A stretch of DNA of 64,000 nucleotides, taken from NCBI RefSeq assembly GCF_030028105.1, contig NC_092395.1:30348424-30412423 (forward strand). Reading direction: 5' to 3'. The notes under the pieces were generated by a model. That model saw only the letters and a list, made by a program, of their open reading frames with translations. It was not told the origin of the DNA and searched no databases. The position numbers and the translations under genes are program-made. The stretch is from Mobula birostris. Taxonomy: Eukaryota. This document shows positions 26,296 through 39,432 of this stretch, in pieces. The number at the start of each line of letters is the position of its first letter. The stretch's first letter is position 1.

Positions 26296-26575
26296 CTCTA
26301 TCCAGGAAGCTGCGCACCGTGTTTCCCACCAGCAGGTCGGGCTCTTTGGTCACCCCGTCCGCATCTGCCACCGTGTTGTACAGGTCCAGCATGTACTGGG
26401 GAGGTTGGCGTACCTTATGAGGCGCCGGCGGCGCATCTTCCATCCCGAACACCTCCAACAACCTCTTAAGTGCCTTGGACCGTATCTGTTGGCTCTGGCC
26501 GGGCAGGCTGGAGGTGTTACCCGGTCCCGAGGACACGAGCAGGAGAAGCAGCAAGGCACCGGCACCCGGGCGCAT
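26296..26575 (-). CDS. ADMP: Anti-dorsalizing morphogenetic protein (BMP/TGF-beta family), exon 1: signal peptide and prodomain start
   Basis: gccATG context; MRPGAGALLLLLLVSSG signal peptide; ALKRLLEVFGMEDAP...QPPQYMLDLYNTVADADGVTKEPDLLVGNTVRSFLDR; donor G|gtgag (phase 1); 280 nt. Confidence 0.95.
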
Positions 26576-26959
26576 GGCGAGAGACAGGGGGGAGTTGGGT
26601 AGTGGCCTCGGAGGGAGCCGCAATATATTCGCACCCTTCCCTCCCCGTGTAGCGCATCGCGGCCAATTAGTAGGCGAGAGGCTCGGGGCCTTCCTGCTAA
26701 CGAGGTGTGACCGACCCCCTAAAGCCAGGAAGCACCTCGCTCCTGACCCTGCAATACACAAACATCGAGTGGCCCCGCGGAGACACCCCGCCGCTTCTCT
26801 CTATCCTGAGTGTACTCGCACAGTCGGGGCCGCTTGCTGACCCCTCCAGTAGCTAACTTCTACTAATTGGACCATTAGCTATACAAACAGAGAGCATCGG
26901 CGTTACCGAGATGGACCGAATGAAATAGATTCAGCGAAGAATCGTGTATTCAGATAGAA

Positions 26960-27415
26960 TTAGAACTAGGTTTATTATCCGTGACATGGGTATGCCCTGA
27001 AATTTGCCGTTTTGCGGCGGCAGTACATTGCAAGGCATAAAAGTTTTTGAAAGTTACAAATAATGTAAAATACGAATAAGGAAGTAGTATTCATGGACTG
27101 TTCAGAAATCTGATAGTGGAGGGCAAGAAGATGTTCTTACAGTGTTAAATGCGTGTCTTCACGGTCCTATATCACTTCCTCCTGTGGTAGTGAGGCGAAG
27201 GTCCTGGGTGGCGAGGGTCTTAAATGATGGGTGTCCCACTTTTGAGGCACCGCCTCATGGAGATATCCTCGATGGCTGGGAGGGTTGAGGAAGTGATGGA
27301 GTTGCCCCTCTATAACCCTCTGCAGTCTCTTGCAGTCATGTGCATTGGAAGCTCCGTACCTGGCTGTCAGGCAACCAGTCAGAATGCTCTCCACCAAACA
27401 TCTGTAGAAATTTTC
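26960..27415 (-). mobile_element. Rex1/Babar-type LINE 3' fragment directly upstream of the ADMP promoter
   Basis: VESILTGCLTARYGASNAHDCKRLQRV. Confidence 0.7.
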
Positions 27416-28525
27416 AACTGGCGTTTCAGCCCACTAAAATCACAACTCTCAAAACACTAAATCCAAGGAAAAGGTTCATGGGGGTGGGGGGGGGGCTGCA
27501 TGCAGTTGAATTTATTGTCATATGACTAAGTACAGTGAGACACAGGTACATTTGATTGGCATCAACGTCACAGGTTCAGACGGCACGTAGAGTGTAAATT
27601 ATACCTGACAGTGGGAATGAAAGGTTTAAAGAGTTTGGGTCAGAGAGGGATGCATAATACTCGCAGAAAGAGATTGGTTGTGAGTGAGAGAAGTTCTTGG
27701 TCTATATCTTAAAAACAAGAAATTCTGCAGATGTTGGAATGTAGAGTGGATGCTGGAGGCACTCAGCAGGTCGGGCTTATGGAAAGGAATAACGGTTGAC
27801 ATCTTTGAGCTGACCCTTTGTCAGGACAGTACCAGTGAAGGTTCGGGACAGTCCTGATCTCTGCCTGAAACGTTGACTCTTTATTCCTTTCCATAGATGC
27901 TGCCTGACCTGCTGAGTTCCTCTAGCTTTTTATCTGGGTCTTTATCAGATGTTCCTGGGTTAGTGCAGGCTCTGGTATAAATGGAATGAGCTGTCTGCCT
28001 CCAGACCTCTATTCAGACGGCTTTCACAATCTTAGCGTGGCCCAAAGTCGTTCATCTTTAAGGATGCATCTTTGCAGTTGATGGGCTGCAGGAAAGTCAA
28101 CGGGTAACTTTCACACAACCAGATTCCACAAATGGAAATACTTGGGGTTGAGGAGTCAATAAAAGTATTAGTAATAACATGGAAAGGAACAGAGTTGGGA
28201 GTTACAATTAAGAGAAAGAGGCAACAGGAGTGCACAGTAGGTAAGGCTGCTCCAGTTACCCAGCTTCTATCCTGACCTCTAGTGCTGACAAGCTGGAAGT
28301 TATATGTTCTTCCTAAAAACCACATTTGTTTTTTCTGGTGGTCCAGTTTCTTGCACATCCTAAAGGTGTGCTGGTTCACAGGTTAATATGCCACTGTAGC
28401 TTGCTCCCAGCGTCGGTGTGTGGCAAGACAATCAGCAGAGTAGAAAAGTGTAGGGTAGCTTAAGTTACTGTGAACCATAGAACATTACAACACAGTACAG
28501 GCCCTTCAGCCTTGTCCAAGATCAA

Positions 28526-28722
28526 TTTAACCCTTCCCTCCCACATAACCTTCCATTTTTAACCCTTCCCTCCCACATGACCCTCCATTTTTAACCCTTC
28601 CCTCCCACATGACCCTCCATTTTTAACCCCTCCCTCCCACATAACTTTCCATTTTTAACCCTTCCCTTCCACATAACCTTCCATTTTTAACCCTTCCCTC
28701 CCACATAACCCTCCATTTTTCT
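28526..28722. repeat. 32-33 bp minisatellite, about 6 copies, within a CR1-type 3' end
   Basis: Repeated unit ttaacccttccctcccacataaccttccattt. Confidence 0.9.
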
Positions 28723-28739
28723 TTCATCCACGTGCCTAT

Positions 28740-31700
28740 AGAGTGATAGAAAACTACAGCACAGAGACTGACCCTTCGGCCCATCTAGCCCATGCCATGT
28801 TGCTATTTTGCCTGGTCCCATCAGCCTGCACCTGGACCATAGCCTTCCATTCGTGTACTTATCCAAATTTCTCTTAAATGTTGAAATCAAAGCTGCATCC
28901 CCCACTTCCTCTGGCAGCTTGTTCCACACTCTCACCACCTTCTGAGCGAAGATGTTTCCCCTCATGTTCCCCTTAAACATTTCACCATTCACCATTAACC
29001 CATGATCTCTAATTCTATTCTCAGCCAACCTCAATGGGAAAAAAAACTGCTTGCATTTACCCCATCATAATTTTGTACATCTCTATCAAATCTTCCCCTA
29101 ATCCTGAAGTCTTAACCTTTCCCTATAACCCAGCTCCTCAGGCTCAGACAACATCCTTGTAAATTTTCTCTGCACTCTTTCAGTCTCATTGACATCTTTA
29201 CTGCACACAGCACTCCAAATCAGGCCTCTCCAAAGTCTTGTACAACTTCAAGATAACATTTCAACACCTATACTCAATACTTTGATTTCTGAAGGTCAAT
29301 GTGCCAAAAGCTTTCTTTACAACTCTATCTACCTTCAAGGAATTAAACATTCCAAAGTGTAACACCTCACACTTTTCTGCATTAAATTCCATAAGACCAA
29401 GAGCAGAATTAGGCCATTCAGCCCATCAGGTCTGCTCCACCATTCCATTATGGCCGACTTATTATCCCTCTCAACACCATTCTTCTGCCTTCTCCCTGTA
29501 ACCTTTGACACCCTGATTAATTAAGAACCTATCAACCTTCTCCTTAAATACACCCAATGGCCTGGCTTCCACAGCTGTCTGTAGCAAAGAATACCACAGA
29601 TTTACCACCCTCTGGCTAAAGATAATTTTCCTCTTCTCTGTTCCAATTCAATTCTGAGGCTCTGCCCTTTGGTCCTAGACTCCCATACTATAGGAAACAT
29701 CCTCTCCATATCCACTCTATCCAGACCTTTCAATATATTGATAGGTTTCAATGAGATCCCTCATCATTCTACTAAACTCCAGTGAGTACAGGCCCAGAGC
29801 CAACAAATGCTCCTCGTTTGTTAACCCTTTCATACCTGGGATCTTTCTCGTGAACCTCCTGTGGATTCTCACCAATGCCAGCACATCCTTTCTTAAGTAA
29901 TGGGCTTCAAACTGATCACAATACTCCAAGTGCAGTCTGATCAATGCCTTATAAAGCTTCAGCATTACATTTTAGTTTTTAATATTCTAGTTCCCTCAAA
30001 ATGAATGCTAACATTTCATTTGCCTTCCTTACCACCAACTCAACCTTCAAGTTAACTTTTAGGGAATCCTACATGAGGACTCCCAAGTACCTCTGCACCT
30101 CATATTTTTGAATTTTCCTCACCTTTTACAAAATAGTCCACAACTTTATTCCTTCTGCCTAAGTGCATGACCGTGCACTTTCCTACATTGTATTCCATCT
30201 GCCAGTTCTTTGCCCATTTCCCCAGTCTGTCTGAAATCCTTCTGCAGACGCCCTGCTTCCTCAGCTCTACCTGCTCTTCCACCCATGTACCTTTGTATTG
30301 TCCACAAACTTGCCCACAAAACCATCAATTCCTTTATCCAAATCATTGACGTACAACATGAAAAGAAGTGGTTGCAACATTGTCCCCTGTGGCACAACAC
30401 TGGTGTCTGGCAGCCAACCTGAAAGGGCCCTCTTTATTCACATGCTTTCCCTCCTGCCGTTCAGCCAATCTTCTATCAATTAAACAGACACAAAATGCTG
30501 GAGGAACTCAGCAGGCAAGGCAGCATCTATGGAAAAAGAGTAAACAATTAATGTTTCAGCTGAGACCCTTCATTAGGACTGGGAAAAAAAAAGATTAGAA
30601 GTCAGAGTAAGAAGTTGTGGGGAGAGGAGAGGAAGAAGTGCAAGTTAGTAGGTGATTAGTGAAACCGGGGGGGGGGGGTGGGAGGAGTGAAGTAAAGAGC
30701 TGGGAAGTTGATTGGTGAAAGAGACACAGGGCTGGAGAAGGGAGGAATCTGATAGGAGAGGACGGAAGGCCATGGAAGAAAGGGAAGGGGGAGGAGCGCC
30801 AGAGGGAGGTGATTTGCAGGTAAGGAGATAAGGGGAGAGAGGGAAAAGGGGATGGGGAATTGGTGGGGATGGGGGGGGGGCGGAGAATTACCAGAGGCTC
30901 GAGAAACTGTTGTTCGTGCCTTCGGATTGGAGGCTACCCAAACAAAATATAAGGTGTTGCTCCTCCAACCTGAGTGTGGCCTCATTGTGGCAGTAAAGGT
31001 GGCCATGGACTGACAATGTCGGAATGGGAATGGGAAGTAGAATTGAAATGGGTGGCCACTGAGGAGATCCCACTTTTTCTGGTGGACAGAACATACGTGC
31101 TTGACACCTTGTTCTATCCATTCTAGAATCTCTTCCGTAATACCATGAACTCTTATTTTGTTAGGCTGCCTCATTGGTGGCACTTATCAAAGGCCTTTTG
31201 AAAATCCAAATAAACAACATCCTCTGACTCTCCTTTGTCTACCCTGTCTGTTATTTCCTCAAAGAATTCCAATGGATTTGTCAGGCAAAATTTCCTCTTA
31301 AGGGAGCCATGCTGACTTTGGCCTATTTTATTGTGTGCCTCCAAGTACCCTGAAACTACTGAAGTCAGTCTAATAGGACAATAATTTCCTTTCTTCTGCC
31401 TTCCCTTCTTAAAGAGTGCAGTGACACTTACAATTCTCCAGTTCTCGGGAATCTAGTGATTCCGTAAAGATCACTACTAATGCCTCCACAATCTCTTCAG
31501 CTTCCTCTTTCAGAACTCTGGGTTGTAGTCCATCAGGGTCTGATGACTTATCTACCTTCAGAATTATCTGTCTTCAGACTTTCCAGCTTTTGAAGCTCCT
31601 TCTCCTTACTAATAGCAATGACAATCATGTCTGCCCCCTGACTTCCTTGAATTTCTGGCATGCTGCTAGTATCTTCCATAGTGAAGACTGACGCAAAATG

Positions 31701-33170
31701 CCTATTCAGTTCCTCCACCATTTCTTTGTCCCCCATTACTATCTCTCCAGTGCCATTTTCCAGTGGTCCGACATATACTCTTCTCTCTATTTTACTGTTT
31801 ATATAAAGGGAAACCTATCCACTTTTATATTATTGGCTAGTTTACCTTCATGTTTCATCTGTTCGCTCCTAACGGTTTTTTGATTTGCCATCTGTTGATT
31901 TATAAAAGCTTCTCAATCCTCCAATTTCCCACTAATTTTTGCTGGATTATATGCCCACTTTTTTTTGCTTTTATGCTGTTTTTTTTCCACTTTACTTCCT
32001 AGCCACGGTGGTTTCATCCTTCTTTTACAATACTTCTTCATCTTCGGGATGTATTTTTCCTGCATCTTCCCAATCTCCCTGAGAAATACCAGCTGTTACT
32101 ATTCTGCCATCATCCCTGCTAGTGGCTCCTTCCAATCAACTTTGATCAGCTCCTCTCTCATATCTCTGTAATTTCCTTTTCTCCACTGTAATACTGATAT
32201 ATCATCTACCATTTCTTAGTCCATTTTTCCAGCTGGTCCAGATCTCGCTGCAGGCTTTGATATTCTTCCTTGTTGTTCCGTACAGCCCTAATCTTGTTGT
32301 CATCCTCAAATTTGCTGATTCAGTTTACCACATATCATCCATGTCGTCGATACAGATGACAAACAACAATGTACTTACCTAGCACCAATCCCTGGCCTCT
32401 AGTCAGAGAGGCAAACGTCTGCTATTACTCTCTGGCTTCTCCTGTGAGACAATATCAAATCCATTACTACCTCATCTTGAATGCCAAGCAACTGAACCTT
32501 CCTAACCAACCTCCAATGTGGGACATTGTCAAAGTCCATGTAGACAACATCCACTGCCTTGCTTTCATCAGTTTAGAGTGTGTATCTAAGAGTTTCTTAA
32601 ATGTCCCTAATGTATCTGCTTTTATCACCAAACCTGAGTGCACATTCCATGCATTCACCACTCTCTGTGTTAAAAAACCTCCCTGAGACATCCCCCATGC
32701 TTTTCTCCAATCACCTTAAAATTATGCTCTATTTCATTAATCATTACCACTCTGAGAAAAAGGTGCTGGCTGTCTGCTATTTCTATACCTCTTATCACCT
32801 TGTACACATCAAGTCATTTCTTATTCTCCTTTGCTCCAAAGAAAATAGCCCTAGAACATTCAGTCTTTCCTCATAAAAAATATTCGCCAGTCCAGGCAGC
32901 ATCCTGGTAACTCTCTTCTGCTTTGTCTCTGAAGCTAACAGATCCTTTCTATAATGAGGAGACCAGAAATGAACAGAATACTTCAAGTGTGGTCAAATCA
33001 GAGTTTTATAGAGCTGCAATATTACCTCACGGCTTGTGAACTCAATCTCCCAACTGAAGGAGGCCAACACACGATACACCTATCAACTTCCGCGGCAGCT
33101 TTGAGGGATCCAGTGATGTGAACCCTCAGATCCCTCTGCTCTTCCACACTGTTAAAAATCCCGTCATTAA
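28740..33170 (-). mobile_element. Cluster of nested, degenerate CR1 fragments, interrupted by a Penelope fragment at ~30482-31110
   Basis: LKLYKALIRLHLEYC; DRLGKWAKNWQMEYNVGKC; MGDKEMVEELNRHFASVFT; FLTQRVVNAWN; and HNEATLRLEEQHLIFCLGSLQ in the Penelope part. Confidence 0.8.
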
Positions 33171-33256
33171 CAAGTGAAGAATGGAATTAAAGAGATTTCT
33201 TTACAGAGCAGGTATTAATTCAATGGGCCGAATGGTCACCTATGTGTTGATAAATA

Positions 33257-33771
33257 CATTCAGTGGCTACTTTATTAGGTACCTAATACCTAATAAATGG
33301 CCACTGAGTGTATGTTTGTAGCCTTCTGTTGCTGTAGCCTATCCACTTCAAGTTTCGATGAGTTGTGCATTCAGAGATGTTCTTCTGCACACCGCTGTTG
33401 TAACGTGTGGTTATCTGAGTTACTGTTGCCTTCCTGTCAGCTTGAACCAATCTGTCCATTTTCATCTGACCTCTCTCATTAACAAGGCTTTTTCACCCAC
33501 AGAACTGCAGCTCACTGGATTTTTTTTTGCACCGTTCTCTGTAAACTCTAGAGAATGATATGCATGAAAATCCCAAGATAAGCATTTTCTGAGATACTCA
33601 AACCACTTTTTTGGCACTAACGATCATTCCACACCTTGATCACATTTCTTTCCTATTCAGTTGTTTCGTCTGAACAACTGAACCTGGTGACCACGTCTGC
33701 ATGCTTTTGTGCATTGAATTGCTGCCGTTCATTTGACTGATTGGCTAATCTAATAAAGTGGCCACTGAGTA
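33257..33771 (-). mobile_element. Tc1-type non-autonomous element with both terminal inverted repeats
   Basis: ta|cattcagtggctactttattag ... ctaataaagtggccactgagta|ta; internal RLVQADRKATVTQITTRYNSGVQKNISECTT remnant. Confidence 0.8.
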
Positions 33772-33962
33772 TATTTGTCAGATAACTATCTACCTTTCGT
33801 TGCATTTAACGCTTCGTCTGAATGACTGTGCTCATATTAGAGCAACTCTTCTTCAGCTAATCTAATAAGGTGGCCACTGAGTATATTGGTCAGATAAATA
33901 TCCAACCTTCGTTGCTTTTAATGCTTCATCTGAATGACTGTGCTCATATTAGAGCAACTCTT
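33744..33962. repeat. Diverged 112-bp tandem duplication including the Tc1 right terminal repeat
   Basis: gctaatctaataaagtggccactgagtata...gctcatattagagcaactctt starts at 33744 and again at 33856. Confidence 0.85.
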
Positions 33963-34749
33963 CTTTACAGTGGGAACGGAACCCACAATCATCTTCCGCA
34001 GAGGGCTATGGTGCAACCACCGAGCTACTCAACCTCAGGTAGGTGTGGAGATGAGGTATCTGACATGAGAGTGCAGCCTCACAAAGGGTTAACCTGCTTG
34101 TGGGGTCATCACTACAGAATTTTGTAATGTTCAACAACCGGATTTATCTAAGCACTAGTTTAAAGAGCTAATGGCACTTTGAAGACCGCCAAAATCTGTG
34201 GAACAGATCAACATAGGAAACAAAGGCAAGAAAAGGGAAAGTTTGGAAACACTGGGAGAAGTAAAAATACATAGATGGACAGAAAGGCCTCATAAAGGCA
34301 TTGATGACTAGCTTATCTATATAACAATCTGCAATTCTTACATTTGTTTTGGTTTAAATTTTGTAATTTTATATTTTGCAGTTTTTATTTCTGATTAGGA
34401 TGAGAATTCTTGATCAACCTGGAACAAGATTAAATACAAAATTTAAATTAAAGCCAAACCTTAATTTTGTCATATGCATTTAATATCTTCAACATTTATC
34501 TTCAACATATATCAACACTTTAACAAGTTGACTTGAATTCCTTTCACTTTCCCTGGGCCCTGAAATCACAACAATTTATGACCATTTGTTAAATATGTAA
34601 ATATTTTCATTAATTTTATTGGAAGTTCTGTCAGAAGTTTTATGCTATGAGATCAGAAATATAAAAGACAAGAAATGACTACAGGATAAATAAGAAAATG
34701 ATGAATTCTTACAAGTTTATGTAAAGTACTTGTTGAATATTAGAACAGT

Positions 34750-35830
34750 TTCAGTTGAGGCCCTCCGTTAGTCAGGGTTGACCGTGGATGTGGCGTCCCA
34801 GCTGTCTATCTGTGCGTCCCAGGGCAGTACGATATGGAGAGCAAGCTGTTGCCCATGTAGCAGACTAACCCTTTCCCCGCAGCTGATAAATCCGAGACTG
34901 ATAATCGACTGGCACCAGCAGCGTTGCAGGAGTCACCAATTAGCGTTGAACTTGACAGAGGATTGCCTTAGGGACTCCAGCTCTGGATTTTTTCCCTCAG
35001 GGTTTACTTCCGAAGCCTTTCCCATAAGTGGTATAACCACTAGGCAGTGAAGGTTTGAGATAAGAGCTTTCCTTCTCCTAGCTGAGCTGCCTACCATGGC
35101 TAATGAACTCCATCTGCCTGAGGCGACTGGTTTTAAGGTGCCAGTAACCCACCCTTGCACCTTCTCCTGTCAGTAGAAATGGTTCCATCAGGCTTAGATT
35201 ATGAGAACACTCAGTCCTCTTTTATTGTCATTTAGAAATGCATACATGCATTAAGAAATGATACAATGTTTCTCCACAGTGATATCACAGAAAAACAGGA
35301 CAAACCAAAGACTGACACTGACAGAACTACATAATTATAACATATAGTTACAGCAGTGCAAAGCAATACCATAATTTGATGAAGAACAGACCATGGGCAC
35401 AGTAAAAAAAAATCTCAAAGTCCCGAGTCGATCGACTCCCGAGTCCCCGATAGCAGGTGGCAAAAGGGAGAAACTCCCTGCCATAAACCTCCAGGCACCG
35501 TCAACTTGCCGATACCTTGGAAGCAGCCGACCACAGCCGACACTGAGTCCATCCGTCCAAAAACGCCAAGCTTCCGACCAGCCTCTCTGATACAGCCTCC
35601 TGAGTGCCATCCTCTGCCAAGTGCCTTCGACCTCTCCCCGACCGCTGAAACACGCAAAGCCGAGGATTTCGGGGCCTTCAGCTCCAGAGATTCCGGTTAC
35701 CACACAGTAGCAGCGGCACCAAAGCGGCTAAGCTGCACGTGAAGGCCAAGAGCTTGACTTGGTTGTCAGAGGCTATTTGAGGTACACACCACTGGGAGCA
35801 TTTAATAGGTAGTGGGAGCTTATCCCCATG
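34750..35830 (-). mobile_element. Composite retroelement fragments (RTE-like segment interrupted by a Rex-tailed SINE-like element)
   Basis: PLMGKASEVNPEGKNPELESLRQ resembles the RTE 5' region. The segment 35200-35715 ends in tttattgtcatt (AATAAA on the minus strand). Confidence 0.45.
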
Positions 35831-38800
35831 CCACCCACTGGCAATGAACCCAACAGTTTCAATAAAGATCAACATTTAGCAGTCGTTTTTTTTGCATTAC
35901 TTTAAAAAATTGTTAAGTTTTCTCAAGTACAGTTTGAAAATTTCATTGACATAACCATGAAAGATTTCTTCAAACAGACCTGGAATAACTGAGAGGATGA
36001 AGTATCATGGGTTTATACAAATAATGAAACAAAATTACAAGGAAGCTACTAAATCAATGTGCAAACCATAACCTGACAAATAGCTAAAAAAGTAAAAATC
36101 TACCTCTGTCATTCTTGGTCTTGAAAAATTTAATTGGTCCATCACCCTTCTGGGTAAATCCTATGTTTCCACTAATCTTTCCACAGAAACATTGCTTCCT
36201 GATTTCACTCTGGAATGGCATAAATCTAAATTAATGGCTGTGTCAGACCTGAGATATTAACTTTGCTTCTCCTTCCGTAGGTGCTGCTTGATCTGCTGAG
36301 TATTTCCAGCTTTTTCACCTTTCATTATGGATTCCCATTATAGAAAAACCTTGTCAAATTATTTTATTACAACAAACAGCTCAACAAAGTCAGTCTCAAC
36401 TTTTATACTCAAAGGAATAAAAAGCATAAATGAACACTTGAGCTCCCAGTATCTTCTAAATTAATACTGAAGACTGGTATCTCCTGAGATACAAAGGGCG
36501 AATACTCCAGACGCCAACTGTTGAAGTCACTGTAACAAAACTTCTCCCCATTGTACCAAGGCTCCTTTGAGGCCCACATTTTTAATAGCACCATTGATTA
36601 ACTTTTATACCTAGATTTCTGTGATGGTTTCTGTTAAATCAGAAAGTTTTTGTCAAAAATATAAACATGCCAAAATGAATACAGATTTTATTGTGTTTCA
36701 ACTTTGCAGATGAAAGGATAGAGAATTTGTGGTTTGCAACAGCGTCACATCATAAAACAAAACTTTTATGCCTCGATACAATGGGTAGTTATCTCCTTTA
36801 TAATTTTAGTCCCATGAAGATATTTACATTCTTATCACAGCTCATTTGTTATGAAGGTCTCTGTTTTGTTCCTGGGTACCTGATGCAGTTGTATACTGAA
36901 ATTGACAAGACATCCCCCAAGGTCAGTGCTAGAATCTATGTAGTTCTTTTTAATTATTAAATAATTTGGATATTGGAATAAAAATCACAATTTGCAAATA
37001 ATATTCAACTTAACAAGTTGAAAGGATCACAGTAGTTGGCTGCAACAGGACATGAGTAGATAACAGGAATAGGCAGGCATAGCTGGTAGAATGTTAAACA
37101 GGACATGCATTTTGGCAGGATATGAAGAACAGCAATATGTAATGGCAAGAAGTGAAGGGATGGGGATTCAAATGCATAGATCTTTGAAGGTGGCAGGACT
37201 TTAAGGAAAGCAGTTAGCAAAGCATACGAGAAGTTCATTTTCATTTTGAATATAAAAGGAAAGAAGTTATGGTGATTTTTTATAAAACTCCAGCTGGACC
37301 TCAACCAGTTAATTGCATTCATTTCTGATCAACATACTTTGAGGAACACTGCAAAGAACCTTCAGTAGGTAGGAAGCCATTTGCCAAAATTCCTTCCAGA
37401 AGTGAAGGATTTTAGTTAGAGTCAGGTGAGAAAAGCTAAGACAATTGTCCTCACAGCAAAGAAGATGGAGAGATTTGCTGGAAGCACAAGGTTATGACAG
37501 TTTAGATAAAGTAGACAAAGAAAAGCAGTTTCCAATGTGGTGGTGCAAGAAGCTAAGGACGTAAATTGAAGGTTTTGGGCTGATGGCCTCCTGTACTGCA
37601 ATGACTCATACCTATCACTTCATATTGTGCCAATAAACAAAAATCTCAGAAGAGCAAAACTGCTAAAATTCCAAACAAAAACAATCATTAAACGAGACTG
37701 AAATTCAACAGGTGATTCTACAGCAGTGTGTTTTCTACAGACATTAAAATTCAACTGTGGCTGTCATCTGATTCCCCAGGACTTGTATTAGCCGCCCACT
37801 TGTAATTCCAGTGTGACAAGTTGGCTCAATTTGTAATCTTGCTGATAGAAATCAGGCTGAGAAATACAAGGAGGGAACTTCATAAAAGGTAGCTTTGAAA
37901 GGCTGAGGTTAAGGATTAATAGAAGTAATTCAAAAACTTTCACTTATGTACCAACTTCCATTACCTTAGACATTCTAAAGCATTGCAGAGCTTTGTCACT
38001 GGAAATATCAGTTCTGCAGGAGGTATAACCGTATCTTAAAAGCGTCCTTTGGAAATGGGTGTACGGGTTTGCTATAGAATGTTTATATATCCTAGGCACT
38101 TTCACCTCTGTTTAAAATGGAAATATTATTCAATTTTTCAAGATAAGCTGAAAAGACGAGCCATATGGGGATGAAGTGGAATAGAGATAATTTGTCAAAG
38201 CACATCACTAAGATAGATCAAAAGAAGTCAATTGAAAAAAACCGGTGGGAACATTCCAGACAGAAGATCAACAGATAAGCTTAATTACAAAAGATTACAC
38301 AGGTGCAGATGTAAATGTTATTAATAGAGCATTTATTGCAGGTCACCAATGACAAGTATTCATTTGAATTGCCTCCTTGTTTAAATGTTGCATTACAGAA
38401 ACACTTAAGGACAATCTCATCAGCCTGTTGTTTATAGACAGGTTTAGAAGCCATCCTGCTGTGCGCTAGGTGTCAGCTTCCAACACCAATTTGGCCAGCA
38501 ACAGGGGCAATTGTTGCAGTTTCACCCCACTCAATTAGTGTTATCCTCTTATATCCTTTGATTAATCTAAGGTATGGTGTTGTGTTTAATTTGAGCAAAT
38601 TAAAAATAAATAACTATGACTAAACATTAACACGAGGAAACCTGCAGGTGCTGGCAATTCAAGCAACGCAGATAAAAGTTGCTGGTGAACACAGCAGGCC
38701 AGGCAGCATATCTAGGAAGAGGTACAGACACCGTTTTGGGCCGGGACCCTTCGTCAGGACTAACTGAAAGAAGAGCTAGTAAGAGATTAAACATTAGTCA

Positions 38801-38921
38801 CTTCACACTTAACATAACCAGAGGGGTACTTCTAACATTAGAATTTCAGTATGACAACGTTTTTGGCTGTAAAATTTCATTATTTATTTACACAAGAGTA
38901 ATCGTTTTAGTTTTAATATAT

Positions 38922-39432
38922 CCATATGTTCTATGAGTCTGTGGTGGCCACTGCTATCATGTTTGCTGTTGTGTGCTGGGGCAGCAGGCTGAGGGTAGCA
39001 GACACCAGCAGAATCAACAAACTCATTCGTAAGGCCAGTGATGTTGTGGGGATGGAACTGGACTCTCTGACGGTGGTGTCTGAAAAGAGGATGCTGTCCA
39101 AGTTGCATGCCATCTTGGACAATGTCTCCCATCCACTACATAGTGTACTGGGTGGGCACAGGAGTACATTCAGCCAGAGACTCATTCCACCGACATGCAA
39201 CACAGAGCATCATAGGAAGTCATTCCTGCCTGTGGCCATCAAACTTTACAGCTCTTCCCTTGGAGGGTCAGACACCCTGAGACAATAGGCTGGTCCCAGA
39301 CTTATTTCCTGGCATAATTTACATATTACTATTTAACTATTTATGGTTTTATTACTATTTATTATTTATGGTGCAACTGTAACGAAAACCAATTTCCCCC
39401 AGGATCAATAAAGTATGACTATGACTATGACT
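38922..39432 (+). mobile_element. Rex1/Babar LINE 3' fragment with an (atgact)3 tail
   Basis: MFYESVVATAIMFAVVCWG...RINKLIRKA...SHPLH...RKSFLPVAIKLY; aataaagtatgactatgactatgact. Confidence 0.88.

Larger units (their letters stand above)
26050..26850 (-). promoter_or_regulatory. CpG island and promoter of ADMP
   Basis: GC- and CpG-rich stretch covering exons 1-2 and about 270 nt upstream, in an otherwise AT-rich locus. TATA-like AATATATT at 26622-26629 and CCAAT at 26663-26667. Confidence 0.65.
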
